From contig JAWSUS010000003.1 in NCBI GenBank assembly GCA_033549025.1, positions 128,001 through 192,000 of the forward strand: 64,000 nt of DNA, given 5' to 3'. The DNA is from Desulfuromonadales bacterium. GTDB lineage: Bacteria > Desulfobacterota > Desulfuromonadia > Desulfuromonadales > SZUA-540. The position numbers and the translations under genes were made by a program. Under the pieces are notes generated by a model. That model made no database searches. It was given only the letters and a program-made list of their open reading frames with translations, and was not told where the DNA came from. Below are positions 12,320 through 24,397 of the stretch, piece by piece (within the stretch, counting starts at the first letter, position 1; each line of letters starts with the position of its first letter).

Positions 12320-12349
12320 AAACTAGCACGAAACCAGAACCACCGTCAA
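12320..12349 (-). promoter_or_regulatory. Putative sigma70 promoter of the trp cluster
   Basis: TTGACG-N18-TAGTTT with extended TG, about 27 nt upstream of the trpE ATG. Confidence 0.5.
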
Positions 12350-12401
12350 GACGCGAGGCCCCAGAAGGGAGCCACCCGGTATTTTATAATCCTCCTCAAC
12401 G

Positions 12402-12435
12402 ACAAAGGGCAAGGAGTCGACTCCTTGCCCTTTGT
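12402..12435. terminator. Perfect 34-bp palindrome/hairpin after rplQ
   Basis: ACAAAGGGCAAGGAGTC|GACTCCTTGCCCTTTGT. Confidence 0.7.
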
Positions 12436-12460
12436 TACCATTCAGCAATATGCGAGGCCC

Positions 12461-12940
12461 TTAGGCCTTTTCCTCTTCTGACTCTCCCTTTTCAGGAGCA
12501 GCAGCCTCTTCCGAAACCACTTCTTCTGCCTTTACCGCGGGGGCAGCAGGAGCAGCGGCGGCTTTACGAGGACGAGGGGTAAACTCTTCTTCTACCAGCT
12601 CGACAATCGCCATCGGAGCGTTATCACCAAGACGACTGCCGACCTTGAAGATACGGGTATAACCACCGGGGCGATCCTTGTATCGGGGCGCTACCATATC
12701 AAAAAGCTTGGCAACCGCCTTGCGCTCGCGCATAACAGCGAGAGCCTGGCGGCGGGCATGCAGATCTCCGCGTTTCCCGAGGGTGATCATCTTTTCAGCG
12801 ATCTTGCGAAGTTCCTTGGCCCTGGCATCGGTAGTAGTGATCTTCTCATGCATAATGAGAGAGGTCACCATATTGCGCATCATGGCCGAACGGTGGCTGG
12901 AGTTGCGGCCAAGCCGTTTTCCAGATTTATTGTGACGCAT
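12461..12940 (-). CDS. rplQ: 50S ribosomal protein L17 (Ala/Glu-rich C-terminal extension)
   Basis: [20 protein letters not shown]. Confidence 0.98.
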   Translation of the reverse strand: MRHNKSGKRLGRNSSHRSAMMRNMVTSLIMHEKITTTDARAKELRKIAEKMITLGKRGDLHARRQALAVMRERKAVAKLFDMVAPRYKDRPGGYTRIFKVGSRLGDNAPMAIVELVEEEFTPRPRKAAAAPAAPAVKAEEVVSEEAAAPEKGESEEEKA

Positions 12941-12981
12941 TGTTTTCGGGTCCTTTCTTCTTTATTCCTCGGAAGGAGAAA

Positions 12982-13998
12982 CTATTCTTCTTCGCTCCCC
13001 TTTTGGATCATCTTGAGATATTCGGGATCCGGGAAATTATCCAGTTTCATACCCAGAGTCAGGTCCATTTCAGCCAGGATATCTTTGATTTCATTCAAAG
13101 ATTTTCTGCCAAAATTCTGGGTTTTAAGCATTTCGGCTTCACTGCGCTGCACCAGGTCTCCAATAAGATGGATGTTGGCGTTTTTAAGGCAGTTGGCACT
13201 ACGAACGGACAACTCGAGTTCATCAACGCTACGGTAGAGATTTTCGTTGATCTTCCGACCTTCTTCAGGAACTTCCTGCGCAGCGGGCTCAAGATTTTCA
13301 TCAAAATTGATGAAAATCTGCAGTTGTTCTTTCAGAATCTTGGCCGCATAGGCCACCGCGTCATCAGGTCTCACACTGCCATCGGTCGCCACTTCCAGAG
13401 TCAGTTTATCGTAATCGGTAATCTGCCCGACCCTGGCATTGGCAACGGTAAAATTCACCTTTTTGATCGGTGAAAAGATGGAATCAATGGGAATGGTTCC
13501 CACTGGAGCCCGTTCGTCCCGATTGCGATCGGCCGGCACATAGCCCTTGCCAAGCGCGACCACCATGTCCATCTCCACATCGGCTTCCTTGGAGCAGGTG
13601 GCGATATGATGATCGGGGTTGAGAACTTCGACCTGCGAATCAGTAATGATATCACCAGCGGTGATAACACCGGCACCCTTTTTTACGATGCGGATATTCC
13701 GGCTCTCATTCCCGTGAAGCTTCAGAAGAACTCCCTTGAGATTGAGAATGATGTCGGTCACGTCCTCGGTCACCCCAGGAACAGTTGAGAATTCGTGCAG
13801 AACCCCCTTGATACGAACCGATGTAATAGCTGCCCCCTGCAAAGAGGAAAGCAGAATACGACGCAAGGAGTTCCCAAGAGTGGTGGCAAAACCACGCCCG
13901 AAAGGTTCAGCAAAAAACTTCCCGTAGGTATCGGTCAGACTGTCCGACTCAATCTGGAGGCGCTTAGGCTTGATGAGATCTCTCCAGTTTTTATACAT
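12982..13998 (-). CDS. rpoA: RNA polymerase alpha subunit
   Basis: [32 protein letters not shown]. Confidence 0.99.
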   Translation of the reverse strand: MYKNWRDLIKPKRLQIESDSLTDTYGKFFAEPFGRGFATTLGNSLRRILLSSLQGAAITSVRIKGVLHEFSTVPGVTEDVTDIILNLKGVLLKLHGNESRNIRIVKKGAGVITAGDIITDSQVEVLNPDHHIATCSKEADVEMDMVVALGKGYVPADRNRDERAPVGTIPIDSIFSPIKKVNFTVANARVGQITDYDKLTLEVATDGSVRPDDAVAYAAKILKEQLQIFINFDENLEPAAQEVPEEGRKINENLYRSVDELELSVRSANCLKNANIHLIGDLVQRSEAEMLKTQNFGRKSLNEIKDILAEMDLTLGMKLDNFPDPEYLKMIQKGSEEE

Positions 13999-14045
13999 TC
14001 GTATCCTCCGTAATGAGGTTACATCAGCGGACTGCCAAGATTAAA

Positions 14046-14675
14046 TTACTTGGAGTACAGTTCGACAATGAGGTGTTCTTGGAATTCAGGTGTGGTCATC
14101 TCTTCACGCACGGGCAAAGTTTTAACAGTACCCTTGAAAGCATCCCGCTCCAACTCAACCCAAGTGGGAATGCCGCGGCGCATCACACCATCCAACGCCT
14201 CATTGATTCGAACAATTTTCCGACTTTTCTCTTTGAGTTCAATCACATCGCCGATACGAACAAGGTAGGAAGGGATATTAACCTTGCGTCCATTAACGAG
14301 GAAATGCCCCTGGCGAACCAACAGGCGCCCCTCATTACGGGAAGTGGCGAAACCCATGCGGTAAACCATGCTATCCAGCCGCCTTTCGAGCAGCATCAGG
14401 AGGTTTTCACCCGTAACCCCCTTCATGCGGTCCGCCTTATCGAAGGTGGCCCTAAACTGCTTTTCAACCAGCCCGTAAGTACGTTTGACCTTCTGTTTGG
14501 CGCGCAACTGGGTACCGTAGTCCGTAACCTTGGTGCGCCCCTGACCATGCTGACCCGGAGCGTAATTGCGGCGCTCCAAAGAGCATTTATCCGTATGGCA
14601 TCTGTCCCCCTTAAGGAACAGTTTAGCATTTTCTCTCCTGCACAAGCGGCAGACAGGACCTGTATATCTAGCCAA
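14046..14675 (-). CDS. rpsD: 30S ribosomal protein S4
   Basis: [30 protein letters not shown] start. Confidence 0.99.
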   Translation of the reverse strand: MARYTGPVCRLCRRENAKLFLKGDRCHTDKCSLERRNYAPGQHGQGRTKVTDYGTQLRAKQKVKRTYGLVEKQFRATFDKADRMKGVTGENLLMLLERRLDSMVYRMGFATSRNEGRLLVRQGHFLVNGRKVNIPSYLVRIGDVIELKEKSRKIVRINEALDGVMRRGIPTWVELERDAFKGTVKTLPVREEMTTPEFQEHLIVELYSK

Positions 14676-14696
14676 CGTTCGTCCTCCTTATCTCGT

Positions 14697-15092
14697 TTAG
14701 ACTCTTCTGCGTTTGGGCGGCCGGCAGCCGTTGTGGGGAATCGGGGTCACATCTTTAATCATCGTGATGTTGAGCCCGGCAGACTGCAAAGCGCGCAGGG
14801 CGGATTCGCGACCAGACCCAGGCCCTTTTACGTAAGCAATAAGGCTGCGCATACCATGCTCCATGGCTTTTTTGGCCGCATCCTCAGCCGCGACCTGAGC
14901 CGCGAAAGGCGTGCTTTTACGAGAGCCTTTGAAGTTTTTAGCACCACAGGTCGACCAGGAGATGACGTTTCCGGCAGGATCGGTAATGGTGATAATCGTA
15001 TTGTTAAAAGTTGCCTGAATGTGAGCAACCCCATTGGCGATGTTCTTTTTTTCTACTTTTTTTCTAACGACTTTCTTTCCTGGCTTAGCCAT
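14697..15092 (-). CDS. rpsK: 30S ribosomal protein S11
   Basis: [20 protein letters not shown]. Confidence 0.99.
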   Translation of the reverse strand: MAKPGKKVVRKKVEKKNIANGVAHIQATFNNTIITITDPAGNVISWSTCGAKNFKGSRKSTPFAAQVAAEDAAKKAMEHGMRSLIAYVKGPGSGRESALRALQSAGLNITMIKDVTPIPHNGCRPPKRRRV

Positions 15093-15103
15093 GCTTCCTC
15101 CAG

Positions 15104-15472
15104 TTATTTCTTCTTGCCGGCGACAGTCTTGCGAGGACCTTTCCGGGTGCGAGCATTGGTCTTGGTTTTCTGTCCACGAACAGGAAGCCCGCGTCTGTGC
15201 CGAAGACCGCGGTAGCAGCCAAGATCCATCAGGCGCTTGATGTTCATGGAGATCTCACGGCGAAGATCCCCTTCAACCCGAAATTCGCGGTCGATGATTT
15301 CACGAATCTTGGCAACTTCTGCCTCAGTCAGGTCATCAGTCCGAGTATTTCCATCCACCCCAGCTTTGGCAAGAATCTCCTGGGAGGAGGATCGGCCGAT
15401 ACCATAAATATAGGTGAGGGCAATCTCACTTCTCTTATTTCTCGGTAAGTCGATACCAGCAATACGTGCCAA
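15104..15472 (-). CDS. rpsM: 30S ribosomal protein S13
   Basis: [24 protein letters not shown]. Confidence 0.99.
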   Translation of the reverse strand: MARIAGIDLPRNKRSEIALTYIYGIGRSSSQEILAKAGVDGNTRTDDLTEAEVAKIREIIDREFRVEGDLRREISMNIKRLMDLGCYRGLRHRRGLPVRGQKTKTNARTRKGPRKTVAGKKK

Positions 15473-15492
15473 TGTCTTTTCCTCCTAATACC

Positions 15493-15606
15493 TTAACCTT
15501 GTTTCTGCTTATGCTTGGGATTTTCACAGATGATCCGGACAATGCCTTTACGCTTAATCACTTTGCACTTATCGCAGATCGCCTTAACCGAAGCTCGGAC
15601 TTTCAT
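15493..15606 (-). CDS. rpmJ: 50S ribosomal protein L36 (Zn-binding type)
   Basis: Below the ORF-track cutoff; manual translation [37 protein letters not shown]. Confidence 0.97.
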   Translation of the reverse strand: MKVRASVKAICDKCKVIKRKGIVRIICENPKHKQKQG

Positions 15607-15687
15607 CGTATGTTCCTTTACTGAAAATGAAGTATCAAAAACGTCAGAGCCAACCCGGATATATTTATTTCCAAGCCGCCCTTCGAC

Positions 15688-16434
15688 CTACAAAGCTGTC
15701 AAAATTTCTGGTCCATTATCGGTCAAGGCAACAGTGTGTTCAAAATGCGCCGACAATTTTCCGTCAACAGTAACCGCCGTCCAGCCGTCGTCCAGTATTT
15801 TTACCCCAGGGAGCCCGGCGTTGATCATGGGCTCGATGGCAAAAGTCATGCCCGCTCTTAATTTTGTCCCTTGCCCAGGCGGCCCAAAATTGGGGATTTG
15901 GGGATCTTCATGCAATTGTCGCCCGATGCCGTGACCGACAAATTCACGAACAACACTAAAACCTTCGTTTTCGGCACAAACCTGAACCGCATGGGAGATA
16001 TCCGTCAACCTACCGTGCACCACGGCGGCGGAGATACCTTTTTGCAGTGACTTTTCTGTGACTTCAAGAAGCCGCCCGGCTTCGTCACCAATCCGGCCTA
16101 CAGGCAGAGTAATAGCGGCATCCCCATAGAAACCCTTATACAAGACGCCAAAATCAATACTCAGAATGTCGCCTTCCTTCAGGGGCTCCCGATTTGAAAA
16201 CCCGTGGACCACCTTTTCATTCGGTGAGGCACAAATCGTATAAGGAAAGCCGCCATACCCCTTGAAGGCGGCTTTTACGTTTCGCCTTTTACACTCTTTC
16301 TCAGCAAGTTGATCCAGCTCAATCGTCGTGATACCTGGCGCGGCGTTTTCTTTTAGAACCGCCAATATTTCTGCGACGATCTGGCCGGCTCCACGCATAA
16401 GGACCAGTTCCTGTTTGGTCTTGATGCTAACCAC
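15688..16434 (-). CDS. map: Methionine aminopeptidase type I
   Basis: VVHG, GHGIG, HEDP, AIEPM, SAHFEHT; GTG start just after the adk stop. Confidence 0.97.
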   Translation of the reverse strand: MVSIKTKQELVLMRGAGQIVAEILAVLKENAAPGITTIELDQLAEKECKRRNVKAAFKGYGGFPYTICASPNEKVVHGFSNREPLKEGDILSIDFGVLYKGFYGDAAITLPVGRIGDEAGRLLEVTEKSLQKGISAAVVHGRLTDISHAVQVCAENEGFSVVREFVGHGIGRQLHEDPQIPNFGPPGQGTKLRAGMTFAIEPMINAGLPGVKILDDGWTAVTVDGKLSAHFEHTVALTDNGPEILTAL

Positions 16435-16435
16435 G

Positions 16436-17083
16436 TCACTTCGCTGCGAGGACGACAAGGATCTTGTTTTTGACGACCTGAATATCCTGCATGCCATCGA
16501 TAGCATGAAGCAGACCGGCCGACCCGTAATACGCGACAAGTGGTTCAGTCTGAGCGCGATAAACCTCTAAGCGCTTACGGATGGTCTCTTCCTTGTCATC
16601 GTCACGCTGAACGAGTTCACCCTGACAGGCATCACACTTACCGGCAACAGCGGGAGGATCAAACTTGATGTGAAAACCACGACCACAGTCGCGGCAGGTC
16701 CGACGACCAGTCAAGCGCTCCACAAGGGCCTCAGGATCCACCTCAAGGGAGATAACCGCATCGAGATTCTTATCTAAATCGGCCAAAGAATCCCTAAGAG
16801 CATCGGCCTGAGCGACGGTACGGGGAAAGCCATCAAGAATGAACCCATTTTGACAGTCGGCCTGTTGCAGTCTCTCACGTACAATCCCAACCACGACCTC
16901 ATCGGGGACAAGACCACCCGCGTCCATGAAGCTTTTGGCCTTCACCCCCATGGGAGTCCCATCTTTAACAGCTGCCCGCAGAATATCGCCGGTAGAAATC
17001 TGAGGGATCTGATATTGCCCTGTAAGCATTTTAGCCTGGGTACCCTTACCCGCTCCGGGAGGCCCAAGTAGAATAAGTTTCAT
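16436..17083 (-). CDS. adk: Adenylate kinase (Zn-LID type)
   Basis: GPPGAGKGT, DGFPRT, CxxC..CxxC in the LID. Confidence 0.98.
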   Translation of the reverse strand: MKLILLGPPGAGKGTQAKMLTGQYQIPQISTGDILRAAVKDGTPMGVKAKSFMDAGGLVPDEVVVGIVRERLQQADCQNGFILDGFPRTVAQADALRDSLADLDKNLDAVISLEVDPEALVERLTGRRTCRDCGRGFHIKFDPPAVAGKCDACQGELVQRDDDKEETIRKRLEVYRAQTEPLVAYYGSAGLLHAIDGMQDIQVVKNKILVVLAAK

Positions 17084-17100
17084 CTCGTCAAATCCTTAAA

Positions 17101-18411
17101 TCAACCACGACGTCCCTTGATGGTCACACCTTTCATAAAACCCTCGTAGGAGCGGGAGATAAGGTGCGCCTCGATCTGGGAAGCCGTATCGAGACCGACG
17201 CCAACAACGATCAACAGCGAGGTTCCGCCAAAATAAAATGGCACATTGAACTGCCCGATCAAGATTGTCGGCAAAACACACACAGCGGAAACATACATGG
17301 CCCCAGCAAAGGTGATCCTGCTGAGCACCGTGTCAATGTGCTCGGCGGTCGCCTTTCCAGGCCTCACACCAGGAATGTAGCCACCCTGCTTCTTGATATT
17401 ATCCGCGACATCCACTGGGTTGAAAGTCACAGCCGTGTAGAAATAACAAAAGAAAATTATAAATGCAACGAAAAAAACATTGTAGAGCCAGTGATCCGGC
17501 GTCATCATGGCGGCCACAGTCTGAACCCAGGGCACATCCACCAGGTTGGCGACAGTTGCAGGGAACATGATGATGGAGCTGGCAAAAATTGGCGGTATGA
17601 CACCGCTCATATTGACTTTGAGAGGCAGGTGGCTTGTCTGCCCGCCGTAATTGCGCATACCGACCACACGCTTGGCGTAATGGATCGGTACCCGCCGCTG
17701 TCCCCTCTCCATGAAAATGATTGCCGCCACCACCGCAACCATGACGGCAAGAATCAGGAGGATCATGAAGATGGTCAGTTCTCCGGTGTTGAACAGCCGG
17801 ACGCTGTTAACAATAGCGGAGGGCATGTTTGCCACAATGCCGGCAAAGATGATCAATGAGATGCCATTGCCGATGCCACGCTCCGTAATCTGTTCACCCA
17901 GCCACATGATAAAAGCCGTACCCGCCGTCAGGGTGATGATCGTGAGCAAAATAAAGCCCATCCCTTGGTTCGGCACGACAAGTTCACCGGCGGGACCGCG
18001 CATGGTTTGCAAACCAACGGCAATCCCGGCGCCCTGAATGACCGACAGGACGATGGTCCCGTAGCGGGTCCACTTGGTAATGGTTTTTCGACCCTGCTCA
18101 CCCTCCTTGGACAGTCGTTCGACCGGCTCAAAGACCACGGTCAACAACTGCAGAATGATAGATGCGCTGATATAGGGCATGATCCCCAGCGCAAAAACCG
18201 TCATTCTTTCGAGAGCACCGCCAGTAAAGGCACTGACCAGGCCAAGAAGGGTCCCCTGGGTTCCCTCGAAAAATTTGGCGAGAACCTGGGCATCCACCCC
18301 GGGAGTAGGCACATGGCAGCCCACACGATAGACAGCCAGCATTCCAAGGGTGAAGAGAATCCGTCTTCTTAATTCAGGAATATTGAAGATATTCTGGATG
18401 CTGGATATCAA
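17101..18411 (-). CDS. secY: Preprotein translocase SecY
   Basis: [33 protein letters not shown] start inferred. Confidence 0.98.
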   Translation of the reverse strand: MISSIQNIFNIPELRRRILFTLGMLAVYRVGCHVPTPGVDAQVLAKFFEGTQGTLLGLVSAFTGGALERMTVFALGIMPYISASIILQLLTVVFEPVERLSKEGEQGRKTITKWTRYGTIVLSVIQGAGIAVGLQTMRGPAGELVVPNQGMGFILLTIITLTAGTAFIMWLGEQITERGIGNGISLIIFAGIVANMPSAIVNSVRLFNTGELTIFMILLILAVMVAVVAAIIFMERGQRRVPIHYAKRVVGMRNYGGQTSHLPLKVNMSGVIPPIFASSIIMFPATVANLVDVPWVQTVAAMMTPDHWLYNVFFVAFIIFFCYFYTAVTFNPVDVADNIKKQGGYIPGVRPGKATAEHIDTVLSRITFAGAMYVSAVCVLPTILIGQFNVPFYFGGTSLLIVVGVGLDTASQIEAHLISRSYEGFMKGVTIKGRRG

Positions 18412-18412
18412 T

Positions 18413-18853
18413 TTAAATAACCTCGGCTTTGCCACCTGCGGCTTCAATTTTCTCCGCGGCAGACTTGCTGAATTTGTGGGCTTTTACAGTCAGGGCCTTG
18501 GTAAGTTCACCGTCGCCGAGAATCTTGATGCCGTCACAGACATCAGTCACCAGGCGAGCCTTGCCAAAGGCTTCAAGGTCAACAACCGAACCAGCCTCAA
18601 AAACCTCAAGGTCCTTAAGGTTGACCAAGGCATAGACCTTTTTGTTAAGCGACCGAAAACCTCTTTTAGGCAGGCGGCGCTGCAAGGGCATTTGCCCCCC
18701 CTCGAAGCCAGGCTTCACGCTACCACCCGAACGGGCCTTTTGTCCCTTGTGCCCTTTACCGGCAGTCTTGCCGGTTCCAGACCCGGGTCCCCGTCCAATG
18801 CGTTTTCTATTTTTTGTAGAACCGTAGGCCGGTTGCAGATTACTTAAATCCAT
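18413..18853 (-). CDS. rplO: 50S ribosomal protein L15
   Basis: [15 protein letters not shown]. Confidence 0.99.
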   Translation of the reverse strand: MDLSNLQPAYGSTKNRKRIGRGPGSGTGKTAGKGHKGQKARSGGSVKPGFEGGQMPLQRRLPKRGFRSLNKKVYALVNLKDLEVFEAGSVVDLEAFGKARLVTDVCDGIKILGDGELTKALTVKAHKFSKSAAEKIEAAGGKAEVI

Positions 18854-18873
18854 GTCAATTCTTCCTTATTGAA

Positions 18874-19056
18874 TCACTCTTCGACGAGGACCATGTGGGA
18901 GACCTTGTTGATCATCCCGCGAATCTCAGGAGTATCCTTAAGAACCACGGTCTGATGCAACTTGGTCAAGCCGAGCCCCTTAAGTACTTGAGTGAAATAA
19001 GCCTTACGACCAATTCCGCTCTTTTTCAGAGTCACTTTTATCTCTGGAGCCATCAT
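18874..19056 (-). CDS. rpmD: 50S ribosomal protein L30
   Basis: IKVTLKKS..IRGMINKV; position in spc operon. Confidence 0.96.
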   Translation of the reverse strand: MMAPEIKVTLKKSGIGRKAYFTQVLKGLGLTKLHQTVVLKDTPEIRGMINKVSHMVLVEE

Positions 19057-19076
19057 CCATTCTCCTTCTTTGGGCC

Positions 19077-19568
19077 TTACTCAGCGGAGGCAACACCACG
19101 GCGCTGAAGAATCTCTTCCGCACTTTTAAGTTGCTCCAACGCATTGAAAGTCGCCTTGACAACATTGTGCGGGTTGTTGGACCCAAGGCACTTGGAAAGG
19201 ATATCGCCGACACCCGCCACCTCGAGGACAGCACGGGCTGCGCCGCCTGCGATAACACCAGTACCTTGAGAAGCAGGGCGCAACAAGACCTTGCCAGCTC
19301 CAAACTTGCCAATAATGTCAAAGGGAATGGTACGGTCCTTAAGAGGAACCCGAATCAGCGACTTCTTGGCTTGTTCAACCCCTTTGCGGATTGCTTCAGG
19401 CACTTCCTTGGCTTTACCAAGACCATAACCTACGTAACCTTGCCCGTCTCCAACCACTACAAGAGCGGAGAAACTGAAACGGCGCCCGCCTTTAACGACC
19501 TTGGCGCAACGGTTAATATGAATGACCCTGTCGGTCAGATTTAGCTCATTGGGATCGATGCGATGCAA
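19077..19568 (-). CDS. rpsE: 30S ribosomal protein S5
   Basis: [22 protein letters not shown] start inferred from RBS spacing (ATG at 19574 is the alternative). Confidence 0.98.
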   Translation of the reverse strand: MHRIDPNELNLTDRVIHINRCAKVVKGGRRFSFSALVVVGDGQGYVGYGLGKAKEVPEAIRKGVEQAKKSLIRVPLKDRTIPFDIIGKFGAGKVLLRPASQGTGVIAGGAARAVLEVAGVGDILSKCLGSNNPHNVVKATFNALEQLKSAEEILQRRGVASAE

Positions 19569-19584
19569 AGACATCCTCCTTTAC

Positions 19585-19953
19585 CTAAAAAGACAGACCG
19601 GTTTCCCGAGCCGCCTCGGCAAGCGCCTTGACGCGACCATGGTACAAAAACCCATTGCGGTCAAACACAACCTGCTTGATGTTTTTCTCAAGGGCCATCT
19701 TGGCGATAGCCCGGCCCACAGCCTTTGCTGACTCTATATTTCCGCTGCTCGTCCCAGCTTCCACGATGCCGTCATTGACAGTACCAGCGGACGCAAGAGT
19801 CGTTCCGTTAGTGTCCTCAATGATCTGGGCATAGATATGTTTGGCGCTCCTGAAAACACAAAGACGGGGGCGTTCAACCGTTCCACGAACCTTTTGGCGC
19901 ACCCGAATTTTGCGTTTGATACGTGCCAGGGACCTTTCTTTTGCGATGCTCAC
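19585..19953 (-). CDS. rplR: 50S ribosomal protein L18
   Basis: [21 protein letters not shown]. Confidence 0.99.
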   Translation of the reverse strand: MSIAKERSLARIKRKIRVRQKVRGTVERPRLCVFRSAKHIYAQIIEDTNGTTLASAGTVNDGIVEAGTSSGNIESAKAVGRAIAKMALEKNIKQVVFDRNGFLYHGRVKALAEAARETGLSF

Positions 19954-19979
19954 AGTGTTTCTCCTTGACCTGTAATCAA

Positions 19980-20522
19980 TTATTTTTTACCGGTCTTGCC
20001 TGCTTTACGCAAAATCCGCTCATCAGCATACTTGATTCCCTTCCCCTTGTAGGGTTCAGGAGCTCGGAAAGAACGAATTTTTGCGGCTGTAGCGCCGACA
20101 AGCTGCTTATCTATCCCCTTCACTGTAACCTTGGTCTGTTTTTCGACCTCGACAGTGATGCCTTCGGGCAGGGGATATTCGACGGGATGCGAGTAACCCA
20201 GGGCGAGACTCAGCATCTTCCCTTTCAATTCGGCCCGGTAACCAACGCCATTGATTTCGAGCACTCTTTCGAAACCCTTGGTGACACCATCGACCATATT
20301 GGCGATAAGCGTCCGGGTCAGGCCCTGCAAAGCTCCACCCTGCTTGTTTCCCTCTGCAAGGGGAGAAACTTGGATATTACCGGAATCCACCTTGACTTCG
20401 ACATCCGTACTGATTGTCCTCTCCAGGTGGCCCTTTGGTCCCTTTACCCGAATAGCAGCCCCCGAGAGGGTCACTTCAACTCCGGCAGGGATGACGATGG
20501 GTTTTTTCCCTATTCTTGACAT
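19980..20522 (-). CDS. rplF: 50S ribosomal protein L6
   Basis: [17 protein letters not shown]. Confidence 0.99.
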   Translation of the reverse strand: MSRIGKKPIVIPAGVEVTLSGAAIRVKGPKGHLERTISTDVEVKVDSGNIQVSPLAEGNKQGGALQGLTRTLIANMVDGVTKGFERVLEINGVGYRAELKGKMLSLALGYSHPVEYPLPEGITVEVEKQTKVTVKGIDKQLVGATAAKIRSFRAPEPYKGKGIKYADERILRKAGKTGKK

Positions 20523-20548
20523 CCTCTATACTCCTTAAGCCGTAACGG

Positions 20549-20947
20549 TTACCAGACGGTACAAATGATCTCACCGCCAACCTGCGCCTCACGTGCGGCA
20601 ACGTCGTGGAGAACACCCCGTGAAGTGGATAGAATAGCGCAACCAAGCCCGTTCTTCACACTGGGGATTTCATCCTTACCCACGTATACGCGACGGCCAG
20701 GAGTAGACATCCGTTTAATTTCATGGATCACGTGCTTGTTATTATCATCAAATTTCAAATAAATCCGCAGGATGCCCTGTTTGTCGTCTTCTACGGTCTT
20801 GAAATTTTTGATGTAGCCGAGATCCTTCAGCACCTCGGCCAGTGCCACCTTCACCTTGGACATGGGCACGTCCACCTTTTGGTGCTTCGCCATTCCCGCA
20901 TTACGAATACGGGTAAGCATATCAGCTATAGGATCAGTCATTGCCAT
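20549..20947 (-). CDS. rpsH: 30S ribosomal protein S8
   Basis: [18 protein letters not shown]. Confidence 0.99.
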   Translation of the reverse strand: MAMTDPIADMLTRIRNAGMAKHQKVDVPMSKVKVALAEVLKDLGYIKNFKTVEDDKQGILRIYLKFDDNNKHVIHEIKRMSTPGRRVYVGKDEIPSVKNGLGCAILSTSRGVLHDVAAREAQVGGEIICTVW

Positions 20948-20964
20948 GGATGCAACTCCTCTTT

Positions 20965-21150
20965 TTACCAGCTTGATTTAACAACGCCGGGGATTTTACC
21001 GTCCAGCGCCAATTTGCGCAGGCAAATCCTGCACATATCAAATTTCCGATAGTATCCGCGCGAACGCCCGCACAATGGGCAGCGATTATAATTACGAACG
21101 CTGAATTTTTTAGGCCGCGCGGCCTTTATCATCATCGATTTTTTTGCCAC
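20965..21150 (-). CDS. rpsN: 30S ribosomal protein S14 type Z (Zn-binding, 61 aa)
   Basis: [22 protein letters not shown]. Confidence 0.98.
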   Translation of the reverse strand: MAKKSMMIKAARPKKFSVRNYNRCPLCGRSRGYYRKFDMCRICLRKLALDGKIPGVVKSSW

Positions 21151-21174
21151 CGTATACCTCCGCTATCTGATTCA

Positions 21175-21714
21175 CTATTTCCTGAAGGGCATCCCAAGTT
21201 GCGTCAGCAGAGCACGACCTTCTTCATCGTTACGCGCTGTCGTTACAATGGTGATATTGAGACCCTTGACCTTGTCGATTTTCTCGAGATCGATCTCAGG
21301 AAAAATCAGCTGTTCCTTGATCCCGAAGGTATAGTTGCCACGCCCGTCAAACGCCTTAGGAGAAACCCCCTTGAAATCTCTTACGCGAGGCAAGGCGACA
21401 TTGATGAGGCGATCCAGAAACTCAAAGGCTTTTTCCCGACGCAGAGTGACCATGCAACCAATGGGCATCCCCTCACGAAGCTTGAAGCCGGCGATGGATT
21501 TTTTGGCCTTGGTAATGACAGCTTTCTGTCCGGTAATGCGGCCAAGTTCCTCGACAGCAGATTCCAACACCTTGATATTCTGAATGGCTTCCCCAAGGCC
21601 CATGTTGATGACGACCTTTTCAACCCTGGGAACTTCCATTACGTTTTTAAGTTGCAGGTCCTTCATGAGCTGGGGAACCAGCTCGGCCTGGTAAATCCCT
21701 TTAAGTCTGGCCAT
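21175..21714 (-). CDS. rplE: 50S ribosomal protein L5
   Basis: [13 protein letters not shown]. Confidence 0.99.
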   Translation of the reverse strand: MARLKGIYQAELVPQLMKDLQLKNVMEVPRVEKVVINMGLGEAIQNIKVLESAVEELGRITGQKAVITKAKKSIAGFKLREGMPIGCMVTLRREKAFEFLDRLINVALPRVRDFKGVSPKAFDGRGNYTFGIKEQLIFPEIDLEKIDKVKGLNITIVTTARNDEEGRALLTQLGMPFRK

Positions 21715-21726
21715 GGAAATTCTCCG

Positions 21727-22056
21727 TTACTTATCAACAGTCTCGTTACATTTTTTACAAAAACGAGTCTTGCTACCGTCCTCAAGTATCCGGATGCCGG
21801 TACGAGTCGGTTTATTGCAAGCCCCGCAAAGCAGAAGAACGTTAGAAGCATCAATCGCAGCTTCCTTTTCGACAATGCCGCCTTCCGCGTTGCTGCGACT
21901 GGGCCTAGTGTGCCGCTTCACAACATTGAGATTCTCAACGGTGATACGACCTTTTTCAGGAAATACACGGGTCACTTTCCCCGATTTACCCTTTTCCTTG
22001 CCCGCTATGATCATAACCATGTCATTCTTTTTGACATGAAGTTTCTTAGCCGCCAT
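21727..22056 (-). CDS. rplX: 50S ribosomal protein L24
   Basis: KOW motif IAGKEKGKSG, GGIVEKEA. Confidence 0.98.
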   Translation of the reverse strand: MAAKKLHVKKNDMVMIIAGKEKGKSGKVTRVFPEKGRITVENLNVVKRHTRPSRSNAEGGIVEKEAAIDASNVLLLCGACNKPTRTGIRILEDGSKTRFCKKCNETVDK

Positions 22057-22077
22057 GTTTCAATCTCCTACACAAAT

Positions 22078-22446
22078 TTAAAGGACTTCCGGCGCCAGAG
22101 ACACGATTTTCATGAAACGGCGGGCACGCAGTTCACGGGCCACAGGTCCGAAAATCCGGGTTCCTACCGGCTCACCCGAAGCATTGACAACAACCGCCGA
22201 GTTGTTATCGAAACGGATATAGGAACCATCAGGCCGAGGAACTTCCTTGGCCGTTCTGACGATCACCGCCCGCACGACATCACCCTTCTTCACCTTGGAA
22301 TTGGGCAGTGCCTCTTTGACCGAGCAGATGATGATGTCACCAAGGCCGGCATATTTCCGTTTTGAACCGCCGAGAACCTTGACGCAGCAGAGCTTTCGGG
22401 CCCCCGAATTGTCTGCGACATCAAGCATCGTCTGCATCTGAATCAT
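22078..22446 (-). CDS. rplN: 50S ribosomal protein L14
   Basis: [19 protein letters not shown]. Confidence 0.99.
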   Translation of the reverse strand: MIQMQTMLDVADNSGARKLCCVKVLGGSKRKYAGLGDIIICSVKEALPNSKVKKGDVVRAVIVRTAKEVPRPDGSYIRFDNNSAVVVNASGEPVGTRIFGPVARELRARRFMKIVSLAPEVL

Positions 22447-22458
22447 AACTATGGTCTC

Positions 22459-22725
22459 CTAAACGGTTACGTTCTTTTCAAGAATTTCGCGGACTCTCCA
22501 CCGCTTGTCACGAGACAGCGGTCTGGTCTCCACGATGAGAACCTTGTCGCCAACAGCACAGCTGTTCTGTTCATCGTGTGCTTTGTACGTCACCTTGCGC
22601 TTGATGTACTTTTTATAGATGGGATGCTTGACCAGCTGATCGACCTTGACCACCACGGTCTTGTCCATCTTGTCACTGGTGACAACCCCCACACGGGTTT
22701 TTCTGTTTCCACGTTCAGTCGTCAT
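22459..22725 (-). CDS. rpsQ: 30S ribosomal protein S17
   Basis: [16 protein letters not shown]. Confidence 0.99.
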   Translation of the reverse strand: MTTERGNRKTRVGVVTSDKMDKTVVVKVDQLVKHPIYKKYIKRKVTYKAHDEQNSCAVGDKVLIVETRPLSRDKRWRVREILEKNVTV

Positions 22726-22746
22726 ATCCAACCTCGTTGATCCTGA

Positions 22747-22935
22747 TTAAGCCTGCTTTTGCCGCAGAACCGTATTAACCCGTGCGATATCTTTTTTGAT
22801 TTGAGAAATACGGGCAGTATTTTCCAGATGCCCGGTATGCATCTGGAATCTCAGGTTAAACAGCTCCTGGCTGAGTTCCTGAGACTGTTTCTTCAAATCA
22901 TCAACGCTTTTATCTCTCAACTCATTAGCCTTCAT
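22747..22935 (-). CDS. rpmC: 50S ribosomal protein L29
   Basis: [23 protein letters not shown]. Confidence 0.98.
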   Translation of the reverse strand: MKANELRDKSVDDLKKQSQELSQELFNLRFQMHTGHLENTARISQIKKDIARVNTVLRQKQA

Positions 22936-23350
22936 GAGCTTCTTCCTCCCTGATAACAAACTTGGTCTTCATCGGGAGCTTGTGTGCAGCAAGACGAAAA
23001 GCTTCGCGTGCAACATCTTCAGCGACTCCCTGCATTTCATAGAGCACCACTCCGGGCTTTATGACGGCGACCCAGCTGTCCGGGGAGCCTTTCCCCTTAC
23101 CCATACGGGTTTCGGCGGGCTTTCGGGTCAGAGGCTTATGAGGAAAGGCCCTGATCCAGATTTTACCACCGCGCTTGATATAACGCGTCATCGCCCGACG
23201 GGCTGCTTCAATCTGGCGCGAAGAAAGCCATCCGCACTCAATGGCCTGGAGGCCGAAATCACCAAAGTTAAGCTCGGTGCCTCCCTTGGCCGCACCTTTC
23301 ATGCGACCTTTAAATGTCTTTCTATGCTTAACCTTCTTGGGCATTAACAT
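22925..23350 (-). CDS. rplP: 50S ribosomal protein L16
   Basis: [18 protein letters not shown]. Confidence 0.99.
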   Translation of the reverse strand: MLMPKKVKHRKTFKGRMKGAAKGGTELNFGDFGLQAIECGWLSSRQIEAARRAMTRYIKRGGKIWIRAFPHKPLTRKPAETRMGKGKGSPDSWVAVIKPGVVLYEMQGVAEDVAREAFRLAAHKLPMKTKFVIREEEAHEG

Positions 23351-23381
23351 AGCAGTTTACTCCTATACCTGTCCTGGATTT

Positions 23382-24017
23382 TCACTGTTCTCTTGCGAGA
23401 ACTTCGCCCTTGAAGATAAGTACCTTGACACCGATAATCCCGTAGGTGGTTTTCGCCTCAGCGAATCCATAATCGATGTCTGCACGAAGAGTGTGTAGAG
23501 GCACTCTCCCTTCGCGGTACCACTCCGTACGAGCGATTTCGGCTCCTCCCAAACGGCCGGCACAGTTGATCTTGATCCCCTGTGCACCGAATTTGAGAGC
23601 TTGAGTAACCCCTTTTTTCATGGCGCGGCGGAAAGCAACACGCCTCTCGAGCTGAAGGGCCACGTTTTCGGCAAGCAACTGAGCGTCGATCTCAGGCTTG
23701 CGTACTTCCTGAATATTGATAAAAACTTCTTTATCGGTGAGTTTGGCCAGCTCTTTCTTGAGAGCCTCAACCTCGGATCCCCTCTTTCCGATGATGATAC
23801 CGGGACGAGCGGCAAAAATATTTATTTTTGCCTTGCTGGCCGCACGCTCGATTTCGATTTTGGAAATGCCTGCGTGATAAAGCCTCTTTTTGAGGTAGTT
23901 ACGCAGCTTAATATCTTCATGCAGCAGCTTGGCGTAATCCGCCTCGGCATACCACTTGGAGTCCCAGGTTTTGACGACTCCCAGACGAAATCCTACAGGA
24001 TGAACTTTCTGGCCCAA
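23382..24017 (-). CDS. rpsC: 30S ribosomal protein S3
   Basis: [25 protein letters not shown]. Confidence 0.99.
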   Translation of the reverse strand: MGQKVHPVGFRLGVVKTWDSKWYAEADYAKLLHEDIKLRNYLKKRLYHAGISKIEIERAASKAKINIFAARPGIIIGKRGSEVEALKKELAKLTDKEVFINIQEVRKPEIDAQLLAENVALQLERRVAFRRAMKKGVTQALKFGAQGIKINCAGRLGGAEIARTEWYREGRVPLHTLRADIDYGFAEAKTTYGIIGVKVLIFKGEVLAREQ

Positions 24018-24037
24018 ACTATCACCTCCTAAACACC

Positions 24038-24370
24038 TTATTTTTCGTCAAGAATAACCGTCATGTGACTAGTCGGTTTACGAATACGGGTCGCACGTCC
24101 CTGAGCCCGAGGCAGGAACCGCTTTAGAACAGGACCCTGATCTACGGTAATCGACTTGATAAAAAGACGATCGACATCGTTAACACCCTTTTGCTCGGCG
24201 TTAGCCACTGCCGAACTGACAAGTTTAGCGACAATGGGCGCGGCCTTCTGGGGAGAAAACTTGAGGACGTTAAGAGCCTCCTGCACCCCTTTTCCACGTA
24301 CCATATCGACAACCAGTCGTGCTTTCTGGGGCGAAAGGCGCGCGTAACTCAACTTTGCTCTGGCTTCCAT
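24038..24370 (-). CDS. rplV: 50S ribosomal protein L22
   Basis: [15 protein letters not shown]. Confidence 0.99.
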   Translation of the reverse strand: MEARAKLSYARLSPQKARLVVDMVRGKGVQEALNVLKFSPQKAAPIVAKLVSSAVANAEQKGVNDVDRLFIKSITVDQGPVLKRFLPRAQGRATRIRKPTSHMTVILDEK

Positions 24371-24397
24371 GAAATGAAACTCCTCTAACGGAACTAT

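Noticed and set aside
12345..12376. Short minus-strand ORF (GTG start, MAPFWGLAS) as a trp leader peptide
   Set aside because: Single Trp codon, no RBS, no downstream terminator/antiterminator, and it lies upstream of the best promoter candidate.
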